Shown piece after piece: positions 42,854 to 58,579 of a stretch of DNA of 64,000 nucleotides. This DNA comes from the human T2T-CHM13v2.0 reference genome, Homo sapiens: the NCBI RefSeq assembly GCF_009914755.1, contig NC_060944.1; one strand, 5' to 3'. Under the pieces are notes generated by a model, which did not search any database, was not told where the DNA came from, and saw nothing but the letters and a program-made list of their open reading frames with translations. A program made the position numbers and the translations under genes. Each line of letters starts with the position of its first letter. Position 1 is the first letter of the stretch.

Positions 42854-44184
42854 GATACTTTTGATGGCTTTAAAATGAAGCTGAGATTCTTCTCAGCTGG
42901 ACAGTGGAAAAAGCTACCCTAGTGTAGGATTTTATTAATTTGAACCTTGAAAGGTAAAAAGGGATGGATGAAAAGAAAGAGAAAATATATTTCAAATAAA
43001 AAGTGCCTGATGATGAAAGGGTGGGACACTATTGGTCTCATTGGAGTTGAGGAGGAGATCATTATGTCAGAAGAAAAAATGTGTATTGAGAATGGGAAAT
43101 AACATTAAAAATAATGGTGGTCACTCTGTTGAAGGGGCTCCTACATAACATTTAATAATTTAGTGATTTCCCACAGTGCAAGGCCTGGGATGCTATTGTC
43201 TCTACTGTTCTATCTTCCTTCTCCACTAGCTATTTCTTACAGGGACATTCTGTCATGGTGAGCTCAGGGCCTGCTTGTCCTTCTGATTACACCAGTCATA
43301 ACAAAGAGTAGACCAGGCTTTTCCATCCAACACACTCATCAAAGTCCATTACACTGAACTTTGACATAGCAATGCAAATAGAGACGAAAAACAACAATAA
43401 AAACAATAAAATTCTAGTAAAAAGCCAAAGATAAATTGCTCTTAAGCACCTACTCTGGTTATTCTAAAATGCTTCCCAATGTTTCTTTAAACTATAAGTT
43501 CTTAGAATTAGGGAAAAAGCAGTTTTTGGTTTAAAAGATTTTAGACTCCCAAAGAAATGTGTAAGCCTCATTTTAGAAGTTTCGAGTAGATGTTTGCACC
43601 TAATTTAATGTGCTAACCCAGTCTAATGAATTGAGTATTTCCCCAACTCAGTGCTTGGCTTTTGGATGATGAAGTGGCTTAAAATCATGACCTTGAGAAG
43701 TTCTATTCCATCAGATCAGGCCCTACTTATAAACTTCTTAAAGTTGGCATTTGATACATGGAGCTATTGTGAGCTGTGCTGTGACAACATCTTTGGATGG
43801 TTTTTTAAATTGTAGAGTCCTAAAAACTGGCTTGGTCACCAAAGCAATACAAATGCTGTCCTTATGTGTATACGAAATCCTTATGCTTGCCTCACTTTGT
43901 TTTAAAGGCACCTAATAGTATTCTGCTTAATACTTAACAGTTTGACAGAAAAGTTCATTTCAATCCTATAAATCAATGACCTTTCTAATTACAAATATTC
44001 ACTGATTCTGTAAACAATGACAAACTTTCATTTGAATAACATTTTATAGTACATTTTTCTATGAAATGTGAAGTGCTTTCAAAAGGTTGCCTTATGCCAT
44101 GGTAATAAAAACGTTTTAGAGCATGTGCGTTGTCAAAAGTCACTAAGGTATGTTCTTTGTAGAAAAGCACACAGCTGAGAGTTT

Positions 44185-44720
44185 ACAGTGGATAGGACTC
44201 TGCCCTATCCCACCCACACATCTAGGTTTCAGGCTGTGTCTGTCTGGAGAAATGTGTCAGTGCTTACCTATATCTCTTTGGCACTCCAATCTCATGGAAG
44301 CCAGTCTGCTGGCTTCCAACTGCAAATACCTGTGACTCTTTGCCCAAGGGTCATCTTTCCCTGTTACAGCCCATTTAGCCCAGGCAAGAAAAGCCAGGAA
44401 TTTAATATCTCCCACCTTCCCATGAGTGGCTTTCAACCCATGATCAATAGGGATGATTCCTGCATGCCTCAGCTCCCCTGACCAGCAGTGAGATAACGCC
44501 AAGATATTTTCTACACTGTCTCCCAGAGCTTCCCAGTAAGATTGCACTCGCGTTGCCCACAGTGGTTACGTGCTGAACAATGCATCCTTATTGACTCCCT
44601 TCTCTATCTCACTTTTCAATGTCCCTACTGGTAATTCCCAGGATCACTTCCCAAATAAACCATTTATACTTAAATCTGTGTCTTTGGGGTCTGTCTCTGG
44701 GGAAATCCAACTCAGGACAT
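44185..44720 (+). mobile_element. LTR16-family (ERVL) solo LTR
   Basis: gttgcccacagtggt...gatcacttcccaaataaacca...tctggggaaatccaactcaggaca. Confidence 0.7.
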
Positions 44721-45026
44721 ACTGAGACTGATTCCCACAAAGGCACAGTGTGGGTTAGCTGCAGATGTTGGGATCTGAGAAGCTGAAGAACTGGATAGAA
44801 TGGGCAATGATGTAGAACCACTGTAGGCTTCTGAACAAGAGAAGGGCGTGTTGTTAAAGGAAAATGATCCTCGCTTTTGTCTACAGTTCACTTTGCATCA
44901 AGGGGAGGGGTGTGGCTGGGAAGAGCCTGGAGCCTAGGGAATCGAGTTTTATCACTATTGTTATGGTTATCTAGGGGCAGGTAAAGAGAGGTTGGATTAG
45001 TGGAGAGGAGGTTAAAATGAAAATAA

Positions 45027-45332
<306 letters not shown>

Positions 45333-47042
45333 AAAAATACGGAATGTTTCTAAGGTACATGATGGAGAATCAGTGAGGATTGATGTTGACTGAGTTGGTA
45401 ATGGAGGAGCAAAGAGGAGGGAGGAAGCAAAAATAACAGTCTTGGAGAACTGGGAGTATGGCAGTGCCCTTAGCGGTTTTGATCTATGTCTAATTTGTAG
45501 CCTCTGCTTACAGGGTAATATTTATTGGTCTTGAGAATTTCCTGAAGCAACCTTACAGTTCATCAGAATAGGGCTCATTTCTCCAAAAGAACAGACCCTG
45601 TGAAACCTCTGGAGATATAGTCAGTATTTCATATGAGTTTATGGATTTTTCTTCAGCCTTCCAATACATATAAAATTACTTATCTCTCTTTTCTCTGCAC
45701 TGAAATCCTCCAACATGCCTTTTCCCTGAGTGAATAAAAAACACGAGCTTTTCTTAACAATAGACCTTCTAATGAGTGAGCAGAGCCACATTTTTAGTAT
45801 GTCCAAGTCAGAATCTGTTTAACAATTGGTGGCCGTCTCTCAACATTGCAGCTAGTGACAGCCTCATTTACACTGGTTCAATGAAGATACTGAAATGTTC
45901 TCGGCCAGACAGTGGAAGTGAACTTACACTTTCACCAGTCCTCACTTAGCACAGATTTTCAAGCCACTTAACACCTTTCAAGTGTCTGAAAGCTAATAGA
46001 ATGCTCAACACAAGGCTCCCCTGACTTTTACAGCTGCCCAGAATTTTTATTTATTATATGTCTGTGATTATTTATTTATTTTTGCTAAGAAGAAAACAGA
46101 GTGATCTTACACACTGATAACTGAGGAAGCATTTCACAGCTGGACCTTATGTTTTTTTTTCAAAGAACAGAGTTCTCTGAGCTCTAAACAAAACTTCTTA
46201 TCAGACAATTACCAATATATTTTACTATTTTAATTTTGCTTTTCAGCTTATTGATTAAATATTCAGTGTGGAGGAATGGGCATTCAGCCTTAAAATGATG
46301 TAATTTTGTTACATATGAAAACAGCAAAGGACAATATGTCACTATTTGAATGAGCCAGGTGAAAAGAAACTCTATGACCTTAATTCGGCCATGTGGATAA
46401 GGGGTTCTAAAAAATTGAAAGGAGACGTTTAGGAAAATTTGCTGAAAGACCAAAAGAACAATAATTTCCTAGGGTGATAGGTTTGAGCTATTTTCTCTCC
46501 ACCCTAGAAATGAGCCAAAGATGTATTTACCCACTGACCCCAAGAAAATGGCTGATCTCCAGTTGGAGGAGACGAGGATCTTTGCTTGGCCTTGTTTTAT
46601 GGATGGAATTTTTAATATTCCGTCCATACAAACCTATGCATGTATTTCCAGAACATTTGTGATGAAAAGGAAAAATTATGTTCACCTTGATAAGGTTTCT
46701 TAATATTATCTCTTCCACTGGAGAATCCAGCTGATTACACTGACTTCCACCAATAACCAAGCTCCAACTACGACATAGGTCCCAGGAGTCTTAGGTAGAG
46801 CAGGCAGGTGGATGAAGTTGGCTTGAGAATTTTAGTGACCAAAACATGGCCTTCGTTAGGCTATGATTTTGGTGACTGAAAAAATAATAAGGCTGTGGAT
46901 CATTATGTGGGCCATCAGGGAAGTTTCAAAGAAAGAACCATCTTCTGAATTCATTGTGGGTCGTATTTTGTCACCTTCTTCCTACTTTAGTACATACACA
47001 CACACTTCTCCAAGTTAGAAGATTCGAGTTGAAGATATAAGC

Positions 47043-47348
47043 CTGCACTATCTAATTCAGTTCCCACAAGCCACGTTTGTCCATTGAGCAATGGGAATGT
47101 GGTGAGTGCAGACTGAGGGGTGTTGTAAAAGACACTGTGAATTTCAAAAACGTAATGGCAAGAAAAGAAGGTAAATTAGCTCATTAATAATTTTTTATAT
47201 TGATTGTAAGTTGAAATGATAATGTTTGGATATATTGAGTTAAATAAATATAAAATTAATTTCAAATTTCTTTTTATTTCTTAATGTGGCTATCAGAAGA
47301 TTTTAATTACATATGTTGCCAACATAATATTTCTATCAGAAAGTTCTG
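47043..47348. mobile_element. MER33 hAT-Charlie element
   Basis: agccacgt...ctcattaataattttttatattgatt...gttgaaatgataat...aatgtggcta...aattacatatgt. Confidence 0.75.
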
Positions 47349-47371
47349 GAAATAAGGGACCTAAGTGCATG

Positions 47372-47812
47372 TAAGGGAGGAGACCACCCCTTATATTGTC
47401 TTATGCCCAATTTCTGCCTCCAAAGAAAGAAGAAGTAAAAACTAAAAGGCAGAAGTGAAATCCACAAGCAGACAGCCTGGCGCCACACCCTGGGCCTTGT
47501 AGTTAAAGATCGACCCCTGACCTAATCAGTTATTTGCATAAAAAAGCACTGTGAGGATCCCTGTCCTGTTCTGTTCTGTTCTAATTACCGGTGTGTGCAT
47601 CCCCCAGTCACGTACCCCCTCCTTGCTCAATTGATCACAACCCTGTCACGCGGACCCCCTTAGAGTTGTGAGCCCTTAAAAGGGACAGGAATTGCTTACT
47701 CGGGGAGCTCGGCTCTTGAGACAGGAGTCTTGCCGATGCTCCCGGCCGAATAAACCCCTTCCTTCTTTAACTCGGTGTCTGAGGGGTTTTGGCTGTGGCT
47801 CTTCCTGCTACA
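47372..47812 (+). mobile_element. LTR2 (HERV-E) solo LTR
   Basis: Starts taagggaggagaccacccc and ends cctgctaca; perfect 4-bp TSD catg (47368-47371 / 47813-47816); TATA-like cttaaaa at 47675, AATAAA 47749-47754. Confidence 0.92.
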
Positions 47813-48887
47813 CATGGACTGATTTTCCTCTTCTTCATTACTTTGGAAAATAAAGAAACTGAACTTCTTACTTGTAATTCATCTGTTCACCCCTTTAATT
47901 CACCTAACAACATTGTACCTATGAATCTGATATAAAATGATGCCCATAAACCCATATAATTAATAAGGCCAGCTACTTAGAAATGTTAGTTCATAAATTA
48001 AATAGCTTTACATATGTTTTTGAATTCTACATGCATACACAAAATGATTAAGAAGGTATTTATTTTCTTATAAATTATGAAAATTCATATATTTCAACTT
48101 ACTATTTTACTTATAAAAGTATGTTCTATTATTTTATTATTTGTGTCTGTTTTTTCCACTAAATTTGTTTCATTAATAAGCTAGGTTTTTAAAAACACAA
48201 TTATCATTTGACAGATGCTAAATATCTGATTTAAATGATACATAATAAGAAATAAAGGATCTAGTCTCAAAGTAAATAATACTAATTTGTAAAAGCATCT
48301 TTGTGACATTTCAGTAATATATAATAAAACTGTATTTTTTAATCAATTAGGAGGCTCATATTCCAATATCCCTACCCTAACACATTGGCTTGGGTAGAAG
48401 AATTAGTTGGTGAGAACAGAGTCGTTGAACAAACAGTGACTAGCCATTTCCCATTTAAGTTGGGAACTCTTAAAATATATAAACCATTATCCTAACTATG
48501 GAAATATAAGGACATATGCACAAAGCATATGTCCTCTACTTCCAAGAAAGCATAATATAGTAGAGTGGAGAAACAGAGATCACTAAGCCGACAAGAACTA
48601 TCACTCTTATCCAGATCAATGTACTCTTTTTCTACATAGCAGCCATTTTCTATGTAGCAGTCATCATGATTTTGTTAAAATAATCATATTTTATCCCTCC
48701 CACTTCTACCTTTTAAAATCCCAAAGTAGATTTTCAGTGCACTTATAATAAAATCTTACCATAACCTGCAAGACACTGCATGATGTGACCTCTGTTGCCT
48801 TTTCCATTTCACTCCCTGTCCCCTCTACCCTTCACACTCAACTCTCCAGCTGACTGATGCCTCCAGGTCTTTGCCTCTGGTATCCCT

Positions 48888-49313
48888 CATCTTAGTCTAT
48901 TTGTGTTGCTATAAAGTAATACCTGAGTGTGAGTAATTTACAAAGAAAAGAAATTTATTAGCTCACGGTTCTGCAGGCTGTACAAGAAGCACGGCTTCAG
49001 CATCTGCTTCTAGGAGGACCTCAGGCTGCTTCTACTCACTGCAGAAGGCAAAAGAGAGCCAATGTGTGCAAAGATTACATGACAAAAGGAGAAGCTAGAG
49101 CTAGTATGTGGGGAGGTGCCAGGCTCTTTTAAAACAACCAACTCTCACAGGAACTAATGGAGTGAGAACCCAGTTGTTACAATGAGAATGACACCAAGCC
49201 ATCCATGAAGGGTCTGCCCCTCTGACCCAAACACCTCCCGTTAGGCCCCACCTCTAACATTGGAGACCAAATTTCAACATGAAATTTGGAAAGGTCAAGC
49301 ATCAACCTATTGC
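48888..49313 (-). mobile_element. MSTB-type MaLR solo LTR nested in an L2
   Basis: tcttagtctatttgtgttgctataaag...gctcacggttctgcaggctgtacaagaagca...ttaggccccacctc...tttcaacatga. Confidence 0.85.
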
Positions 49314-49420
49314 ATCCCCTTTGCCTGGAACTCTCTCTTAAAGCTTAAGAATAATGGAAAATACAGGGAGAGTCAGTCTTGTGGGCACATCTGAGTTGCC
49401 TTCTCTGGCCACCCTATCTT

Positions 49421-51020
<1,600 letters not shown>

Positions 51021-53052
51021 TAGCTCCCCTGTATTCCTGACAGTGACCTTGTATCTCACTTTCCTATTTAATTTTCTTTATATTGCTAACAACTACCCCA
51101 AATTATCTTTTACTTTAAATTTACCTAGTTATTTGTTGTCTATCCCTTTTCATAGAATTAAGAACACAAGCCTGATCTCTTTTATTTGATCTTTTTTTTT
51201 TCCCCAGACATATCAAAGGCCCTCAATAATTAAATGCTGGCTGACTGGATGGGTGAATGGATAAGATAGTTTCATAAGTGTAAAGGCAGAGAGAATTCAG
51301 AGTAGGGGAGGAAATAGAGATGGTATCTAATCCAGATTAGAAGTTTTCTGAAGGATATAGTACGTCAGCTGGTACATATGAATAAGCGGGAAGTGGCCAG
51401 GCAATCAGCAAAGGGTTTAAACTTCTGGGCAAAAGAGCAAGAGTCTGGTGGCTAAAAAGAGGCTGTCATGCTCAGAGAACTACTAAAAGTTGAGTCAAGC
51501 TGCAGTAAGAAGTGGGAGTAATGCTGAGACCTGAGGACAGGTAGCCAGGAAGGAGCCCACCAGTTCATAAGAGGCAACTGCATGAGAAGCCTGATTTGGA
51601 TGGTATTGTAACCCCAAATGTCTGAACGTTCTGCAATATGAAGCATGCTTTGCATGTCAGCTTGCTTACTCCAGCTCAGTGTTTAAGCTGCTTATGAGAT
51701 TGTAAACTGAACAAAATCAGGGCCGTCCCCCACCCCTTGGATTCTTCTTTACTTATAACACAATGCCTTATACAAGGTGGGCTTCCAGCAAATGCCTATT
51801 GAGTTGAATTGAGTCCTTTCTCTTATTATTTTTCACACTGTTATCTGAACTGATATTTGGGGCTGTCTAGACTATTCTGAGATATCACACAAAGTGCAAG
51901 AATAACTCATGCTCCATTGATCCTCCATAATAGTTACTTTGAATAAATATGGAGGACGGACATGCACAATAAACTGACATGCTCCACAGCTTTTGACTAT
52001 GGAAGAATACCATACTGACAATAAAGAAGGCCCGGAAGGGAGCTTTCAGAGATGTGGATAAGATATTTCTCCCCCTTGAGTTGAAACAGGAAAAGGGAAT
52101 CCAGTTCTTGGTATATTGGATTTAAAAAAAAAAAAAATACACTCGTCTCAAAAGTCTGCATCCTTGCAAGAATTATCAATTCTGAAATGCCTGTTCATTT
52201 TCCACAGATTAGTCTTCATTAGACACAATTTTAGCTAGGTATTCAATTGCATTTGTTTGAGTAGGTAAGTAGAAACCAAGTCTCAGTGATCAGAATTTTA
52301 GTACAGAGCTAACTTAAGTTGTTTGCTTTTGTCTCTTCAACGTTAGAAGGACAAATGGTGCCTTGATTTTACACCACTTCATAAATAATTTTCTAGAGCC
52401 ACATTTTTTACAACAGACTGAAACAAACAGGCCTAGATCTGGTTCTGATTATTATGACAGAGAAATGTGAATACAATAGAGAAATGACATATTAATCATA
52501 GTGATGTTTGATATGCTCACTTGGAATGTGAACTAACAGGTTCAGGTACCCCAGAAATATCTCAAAGACTTCTTTTATAGGGCTGATTCCCCCCTTATTA
52601 TGGAAAGCTATATTTTTCCTATATATTTTATTAATTCCCTATGTCTTTATTTCAGTGTAGAACATATTCCTTTAATCATTAGCATGCACCAACCCCTCCC
52701 CAAAAAAAGCACAAGCTAAAGCAAATTTATAGAAACCCAACTTGAATTCTAACTCAGCAACTCAAAACCATTGGACATTTCTAAATTTTTTATGTAACCA
52801 TGACTTCATCTGAAATTCTGTTGCTTACACGTCTTGCTACTTCTTAAGCTCACTTTTCTAAAATGATGAATGCTCATATAAAAGGCAAAACAAGGCAGCC
52901 CTGTAGAGACATGTTAAGTCTACAAGTCAATTGATTTCCTATGAGAAACTTTTGAGCTAGGGAAGCAGGGACTCAGGAAAGTTTTGTTTCTTGTTAGATG
53001 CCAGCTGAATAGAATTAAATATATTGTCACACCTTGAATATTAAAATATCCT

Positions 53053-53352
53053 GGCTGGATGCAGTGGCTCACACTTATAATCATAGCATTTTGGGAGCCT
53101 GAGGCAAGAGGATCACTTGAGCTCATGAGTTCAAGACCAGCATGGGAAACATAGTGAGATCTTGTCTCTATAAAAAATATTAAAAATTAGCCAGGCATGG
53201 TGGCACATGCTTGTGATCCCAGCTACCCAGGAGGCTGAGGTAGGAGGATCACTTGAGCCCAGGAGTTCAAGGCTTCAGTGAGCAGTGACTGGGCCACTGC
53301 ACTTCAGCCTGGGAGACAGAGGGAGAGATCCCCGTCTCAAAACAACAACAAC
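53053..53352 (+). mobile_element. Alu (AluJ-type)
   Basis: ggatcacttgagcccaggagttcaaggct; (AAC)n tail; TSD aaaatatcct / acaatatctt. Confidence 0.9.
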
Positions 53353-53704
53353 ACAATATCTTGAACTTCAGATGTTTTAATAGAGACAGTGTGATACATG
53401 TGTACATAGGGAAGAAACTAGCCCACGGAGTTCACTATTACATAAAACAGCATGGTTTACCTACCATTGCTTTTATTAAAAGTTTTTGTTTTTCCATGTT
53501 CATGTTGTTTTTGGAAATATATTGTAAAGTAATATTGTCAAGTAAATAATTTTCTCAAGGGAAAAATAACAATTAGAAAAGAGGTAAGACCCCTTTGCTC
53601 TGATACCCTTAACCAAGTTAATTGAGGAGAGAAGTAGAAATAGGAAGAGAAGAAGAGAGGAAGGACAGAAAAAAAGAAAATATATGAGGGTAAAATAACA
53701 TCAC

Positions 53705-54192
53705 TGCAGGAGATGTTGCCCGTGCCCTGTTCACATTGGACCTTAACACTTTACTATGCTCCACACAATTTTTAGCTTCCAGTATCTGCAACTCTGTTGC
53801 AGGGGTTCTTTTCCATTATAGTGGAAACCTTCCTGGTCAGCAGAAGACTACTCTGCACATGGCAGGCTGCCAGTGACAAGAAATTAACATCCCTTAAAAC
53901 CTTTCCCTCAATCAGTGATTCTCTAGTGTATCAATACCCCAGCTCCCCTCCTCTTGGCTGCCATAATTCTAAGCTTTCTCTTATACACCACATCTCAGAG
54001 CTTCTCTGTAGCAGTAAGCTCCAGTGACCCATTGTAGTAGCTGGCTTAATAATTCACCCATTATTGATTGCTTTGCCTCTCTGTGTTACTTCACCACTCT
54101 TTCCATGCTCCCTGGGATCACCTCCTAAATAAACCATTTGAACTTATATCCTAGTCTTAACACTATGCCCCTGGTGGAACACAAATAAGATA
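53705..54192 (+). mobile_element. LTR16-family (ERVL) solo LTR
   Basis: ccccagctccc...gctccctgggatcacctcctaaataaacca...ggaacacaaataagata. Confidence 0.65.
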
Positions 54193-57039
54193 ACTACTAT
54201 TTCTGTTCATAACAGTTTGTCCTTGGACTCCATTCATTAGAATTGTAATGGCTTCTATTATTAAGACCTGTACAAACTTTTTCATGATACTGCACTTACC
54301 TGGGTTATGCATTCTCCCTGCTTTCTTCAATATCCATCACAGGTGTTTCATAAATATTTTCTGAGTGTAGACTAATTCCACCAGTGCAAAGCTTTTGCTA
54401 CAGCACAGTTCTGGCACACAGTCTGTGCTTACTAAATGTTTTATCAGATGAAGTGTGATGATTATGCCTTTGGCAGTGGAAAGGTCTTTATTCAACTTTT
54501 AATTATGTCCAGAAGAATGGCAGAATATGTAGTGTTTGCAACCATCTGGTTGAAATCCACCTGCTTACACAGGTATTTCAGGGCAGAGGGGGTACTTTAT
54601 CCATCTTAGCATCTGGGAATAATTTATCATAGAGGCCAACTTGCAAAATCAGTCACTCTGGATGCCTCATCCCTTTCAAATGAAAAGGATTTGGCTTCAA
54701 GTGCTGGACATGGAAACTGAGAATGCAGTGACTCATTTCTTTAAAAATGTGAATATGAGAGAGGAAGATTTTTATCACTCAAAGTGCAGCACGGTGAGAG
54801 CTCGCCTGAGTTAGGTAAAATGCACATAACTTATTTTATGGACACCTCTCTAAAGTGCCTTAAAGCTTAAAGGATAAAGAACCCAGTGGGTTTTCGTTTT
54901 GTTATATGCCCCAAGGCTGAAACTCTGTGGCATATTTTAACAGAGTTTTTAAATGGCAAAACAATAGTTCTTTTTTTTTTTAATGTAGTCTAAAATAAAA
55001 TGGAACTCCAGACCTGTGTGCGACAGCTGGTGTTCATATGACACTGTTAGATGCCTCCTTTTATCCCAATCTCAGTCTCCCTTGGGTAGACAAGAAATGG
55101 GAGAGAATAGTCAAAAGTAAGAAACACTTCTACTTGAGTGACATCTTCCTGATCGTAGCAGAATGAAATATTATGACAGTTGTCCAGGTAGTTCTAAGTT
55201 TTGAAATTTTTTACTAAAATATTCAGATATAATGGAAGCAAGGACTTCCTGGAAAAATTATCTCCTCAATTATCTTTTTTAAGTTGAAGTTATATGAGTC
55301 TGACTTTTAGACTTCTAGTCAAATTATGCAACTTTTCTTCTTCTGCCAGTCAGCTTGTTGCCACTGATAAGTAAAATGGGATTCTAGAAGTTAACAGGGT
55401 TTGAGTTTTTTTCCATGATGTTGATTATTAGATTTCAAAACTTTTAAATCTTAAGTTTATTTACATAATTAGTCAATTGTAACCTGAATATCTGAGGAGT
55501 TATTAATGTGTCAAGCTGACATTATTTAATCATCAGAAAAGCTATCTTTCCTTCCCCAGTCCATCTCTCCGTCTCCCTCTGCGTGTGTGTGTTTGTGTGT
55601 GTGTATCTCTTTCTGTCTCTGTCTCTCTCTACATATATTCATTATATGTATATAATACATATACATCACATATATGATCCTATTTGGCCTGACATACTAT
55701 ACCCATAGGACTAACTTAAGTAATATGAGAAGAGTGAGAAGAGTTCATGGTAGGAAGGTCAATGAATTGATATATTGCAAATTATCTGGTAGATAATGCA
55801 GCTGCTTCTTCCACTTAGCAAATAATGTTTTCTGTAAGTGTTCTGTGATCAAGACATAGCCTGCAATGACTTTTGTATGCTAGGTCAACTCCATCGAACC
55901 CCCAAATTGTACTGGAATCAGACTTTTTCATTAATTCATGCAAACCAGCCTGAATTCTACTGGCAACCATGAAACACTTACCTATCCATACATGGCATAG
56001 TCTTCGAATTCTCATTTGTTTCTGATTTTAACCAAAAAAAAAATAGATTTTCATCATTTACAAGCCATAGCAATACACGTTGCAGTCACTAAGCTAAACT
56101 CATTACATGCAAGTAGATTAATCATTCATAGACCTTATAGCTTATCAAAAGACCTTGATAACTCCCACGGCTTCTTCCTTCTGCTCCTTCGATATTTGAC
56201 AAGCAAACTTATATCTGATACTGATAGATGATCAACCCTCTTGTTAGTTTGACCCCAGGCAGCAGGACTTCATTAGCTCCAGTCTGTACTAGGCATTACG
56301 ATGGTAAGTCCAGATGCAAAGAAAGGATATAGCAGGATCCCTGTCTCCCATGTACTTATGGCCTTGCTGGAGAAAGAGGACTTTAACCTGTAAAAGACCA
56401 AGACAATTTTGTGAAAACAGATAGAAACTCTGGTAGTGATAAATTGATAAACCCTGATGGTAGAGACTTTGTCTAATGGCTTAAATGAGGTGCCATGTTC
56501 GTGCCAGCGAGAATTCAATACCTACTTGTCCACGCACAAAAAAAAACGATGCTCGTTACCTGATCTCATGGAGTTCAATGAGAGCGGAGGCTAAGCCTTT
56601 GTAAGTTCTCAAGATTCTTCTCACAAGTTGTGGGCTCAATTAACATGTCTTGTTATAGAACTTTTATTGGTTGGTGTTTGATCTGGTTATCCATACTGTA
56701 CACAAAAGTCGCTGTCAGCTGAAGAGGGAATGCTTCAAGTACTCAGTTTTCTCTTAAATCAAAGCAAAGATAAACTTCTTATAATTATTTTTCTGCAAAC
56801 CAATTTATAAAGCGCACTCATCCCAATAATAAGTGACAAGAAAGAAAGAGATAGGCTGTGTTTATTTGAAATATCCTACTATTCCTCTGATACAGCACTG
56901 TTGTTAGATTCCTTTAGGAAATATTAGAATCTTTCTCACAATTGATCAGCCTCCCTGAATGTGCCCACCAAAAAATTAGTTCTTCAGAGCAGATTTTGTA
57001 TTGGCAGTTTGCTAAACACGATACTTTCTTCTGAAACTC

Positions 57040-57655
57040 ACTTATGCAAGCTTGAATGGTATCTAATGAGTTCATACCAAACTATGCCCAAAATGAAATC
57101 CAAGCCTCATTTCTGACATACCATTGTTCACCATGCCCGATATCTTACTAAGTTCTGTTAATTTTTCTTTCCTAATGCCTCTCACAACTGTTTCTTCTCT
57201 TAATCCCTGGTGCCAGTATCTTAGGTTAGACCACCACCATATCTCTCCTGGATCACCACCACACCCTTCTAATCTCTCTGTCTATATTTTTGCCACCATC
57301 CTCCTCTCCATCTCACCCTTTAAAGTCCAGATGAAGGTTTTAAATTGCAATTTTAATTGGGTTCTTTCCTCCCTAATTAGTTTCAGAATAAAGCGTAGGT
57401 GCATCCTCAGTGTGGCCTGGCCTGGCCCTGCCCTTCCTTCAGCCTTACTTCTTGTCATTTTATTATTTGAATGCCAGTTACCTACTGGACCACTTCTTGT
57501 TCCCCCAAAAGCTATGCTTTCTTTTTCCTCGAGGATTTTCATAGCAGGGTCTCTTCTCTGCTCTTCCTTCATGCCTTGGGGAACCCTTGCTCATTGTTCA
57601 GGACTCAGCTTACATGTTTTGTCCCACCCTGTGGTGGCTTTTCCTGGTCCCTCAA
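57040..57655 (+). mobile_element. L2 fragment (continues ~58300-58505 after MER41)
   Basis: accatatctctcctgga, ttcaggactcagctt, terminal gttcagcaaatatttgcttgacaaatgaa. Confidence 0.55.
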
Positions 57656-57658
57656 GGC

Positions 57659-58294
57659 TGTTGCTGGAAAGGGGTCCCAACCTAGACCCCAAGAGAGGGT
57701 TCTTGGACCTTCCTCAAGGAAGAATTCAGGGAGAGTCCAAAGAGTAAAGTGAAAGCCAGTTTATTAAGAAAGTAAAGGAATAAAAAAATGGCTACTCCAT
57801 CAGCAGAGCAGTGGCATGGGCTGCTCGACTGAGTATACTTATAGTTCTTTTTTGATTGTATGCTAAACAAATTGTGAATTATTCGTGAGTTTCCTGGGAA
57901 AAGGGTGGGCAATTCCCAGAACCGAGGGTTCCTCCCCCTTTTAGACCATCTAGGGTAACTTCCAGAAGTTGCCATGGCATTTGTAAACTGTCATGGCACT
58001 GATGAAAGTGTCTTTTAGGATGCTAATGTATTCGAATTAGTGTATAATGAGCAATGAGGACAACCAGGGGTCACTTTCACTGCCACCTTGGTTTTGGCTG
58101 GTTTGGGCCAGTTTCTTTACCACAACCTGTTTTATCAGCAAGATCTTTATGACCCCTATCTTGTGCTGACCTCTTATCTCATCCTGTGATTTAGAATGCC
58201 TTAACCTCCTGGGGATGCAGCCCAGCAGGTCTCAGCCTCATTTTACCCAGTCTCTATTCAGGATGAAGTCACTCTGGTTGAAACTCCTCTGAAA
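57659..58294 (-). mobile_element. MER41 (MER41B-like) ERV1 solo LTR
   Basis: Reverse complement of the MER41 start (cagcctcattttacccag...ctctggttgaaactcctctga) and end (gaccccaagagagggttcttgga); TSD aggc / agac. Confidence 0.85.
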
Positions 58295-58579
58295 AGACTG
58301 GCTTTAGTATCCTGCTGATATGCTCCTGGAGCCAGTGCCCTGTGCTAATAGATTCTATCACAGCACTGACCACGCTCTAATGATAGCAATTGTTAACTTG
58401 TTTGTTTCTCTCACCAAGAAGTCACGAACTGTGGCTTTTTTTGGTTATGCATTCCCTGCAGCTGGTACTATGTGCCAGTTCAGCAAATATTTGCTTGACA
58501 AATGAAGTCAAAGCCGTGAAGTTATTACACAACTAGTAATTGGAGAAGCAGGGATTCAAAAGCAAGCTCTTTGATACCA

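Noticed and set aside
48509-48535. Perfect 11-bp inverted repeat aggacatatgc / gcatatgtcct with a 5-nt loop
   Set aside because: Real but isolated; one such hairpin in 64 kb is plausible by chance or from a local template switch.
57124-57747. 207-aa ORF
   Set aside because: Runs through a decayed L2 into the MER41 LTR; composition reflects pyrimidine-rich DNA, with no recognisable domain.
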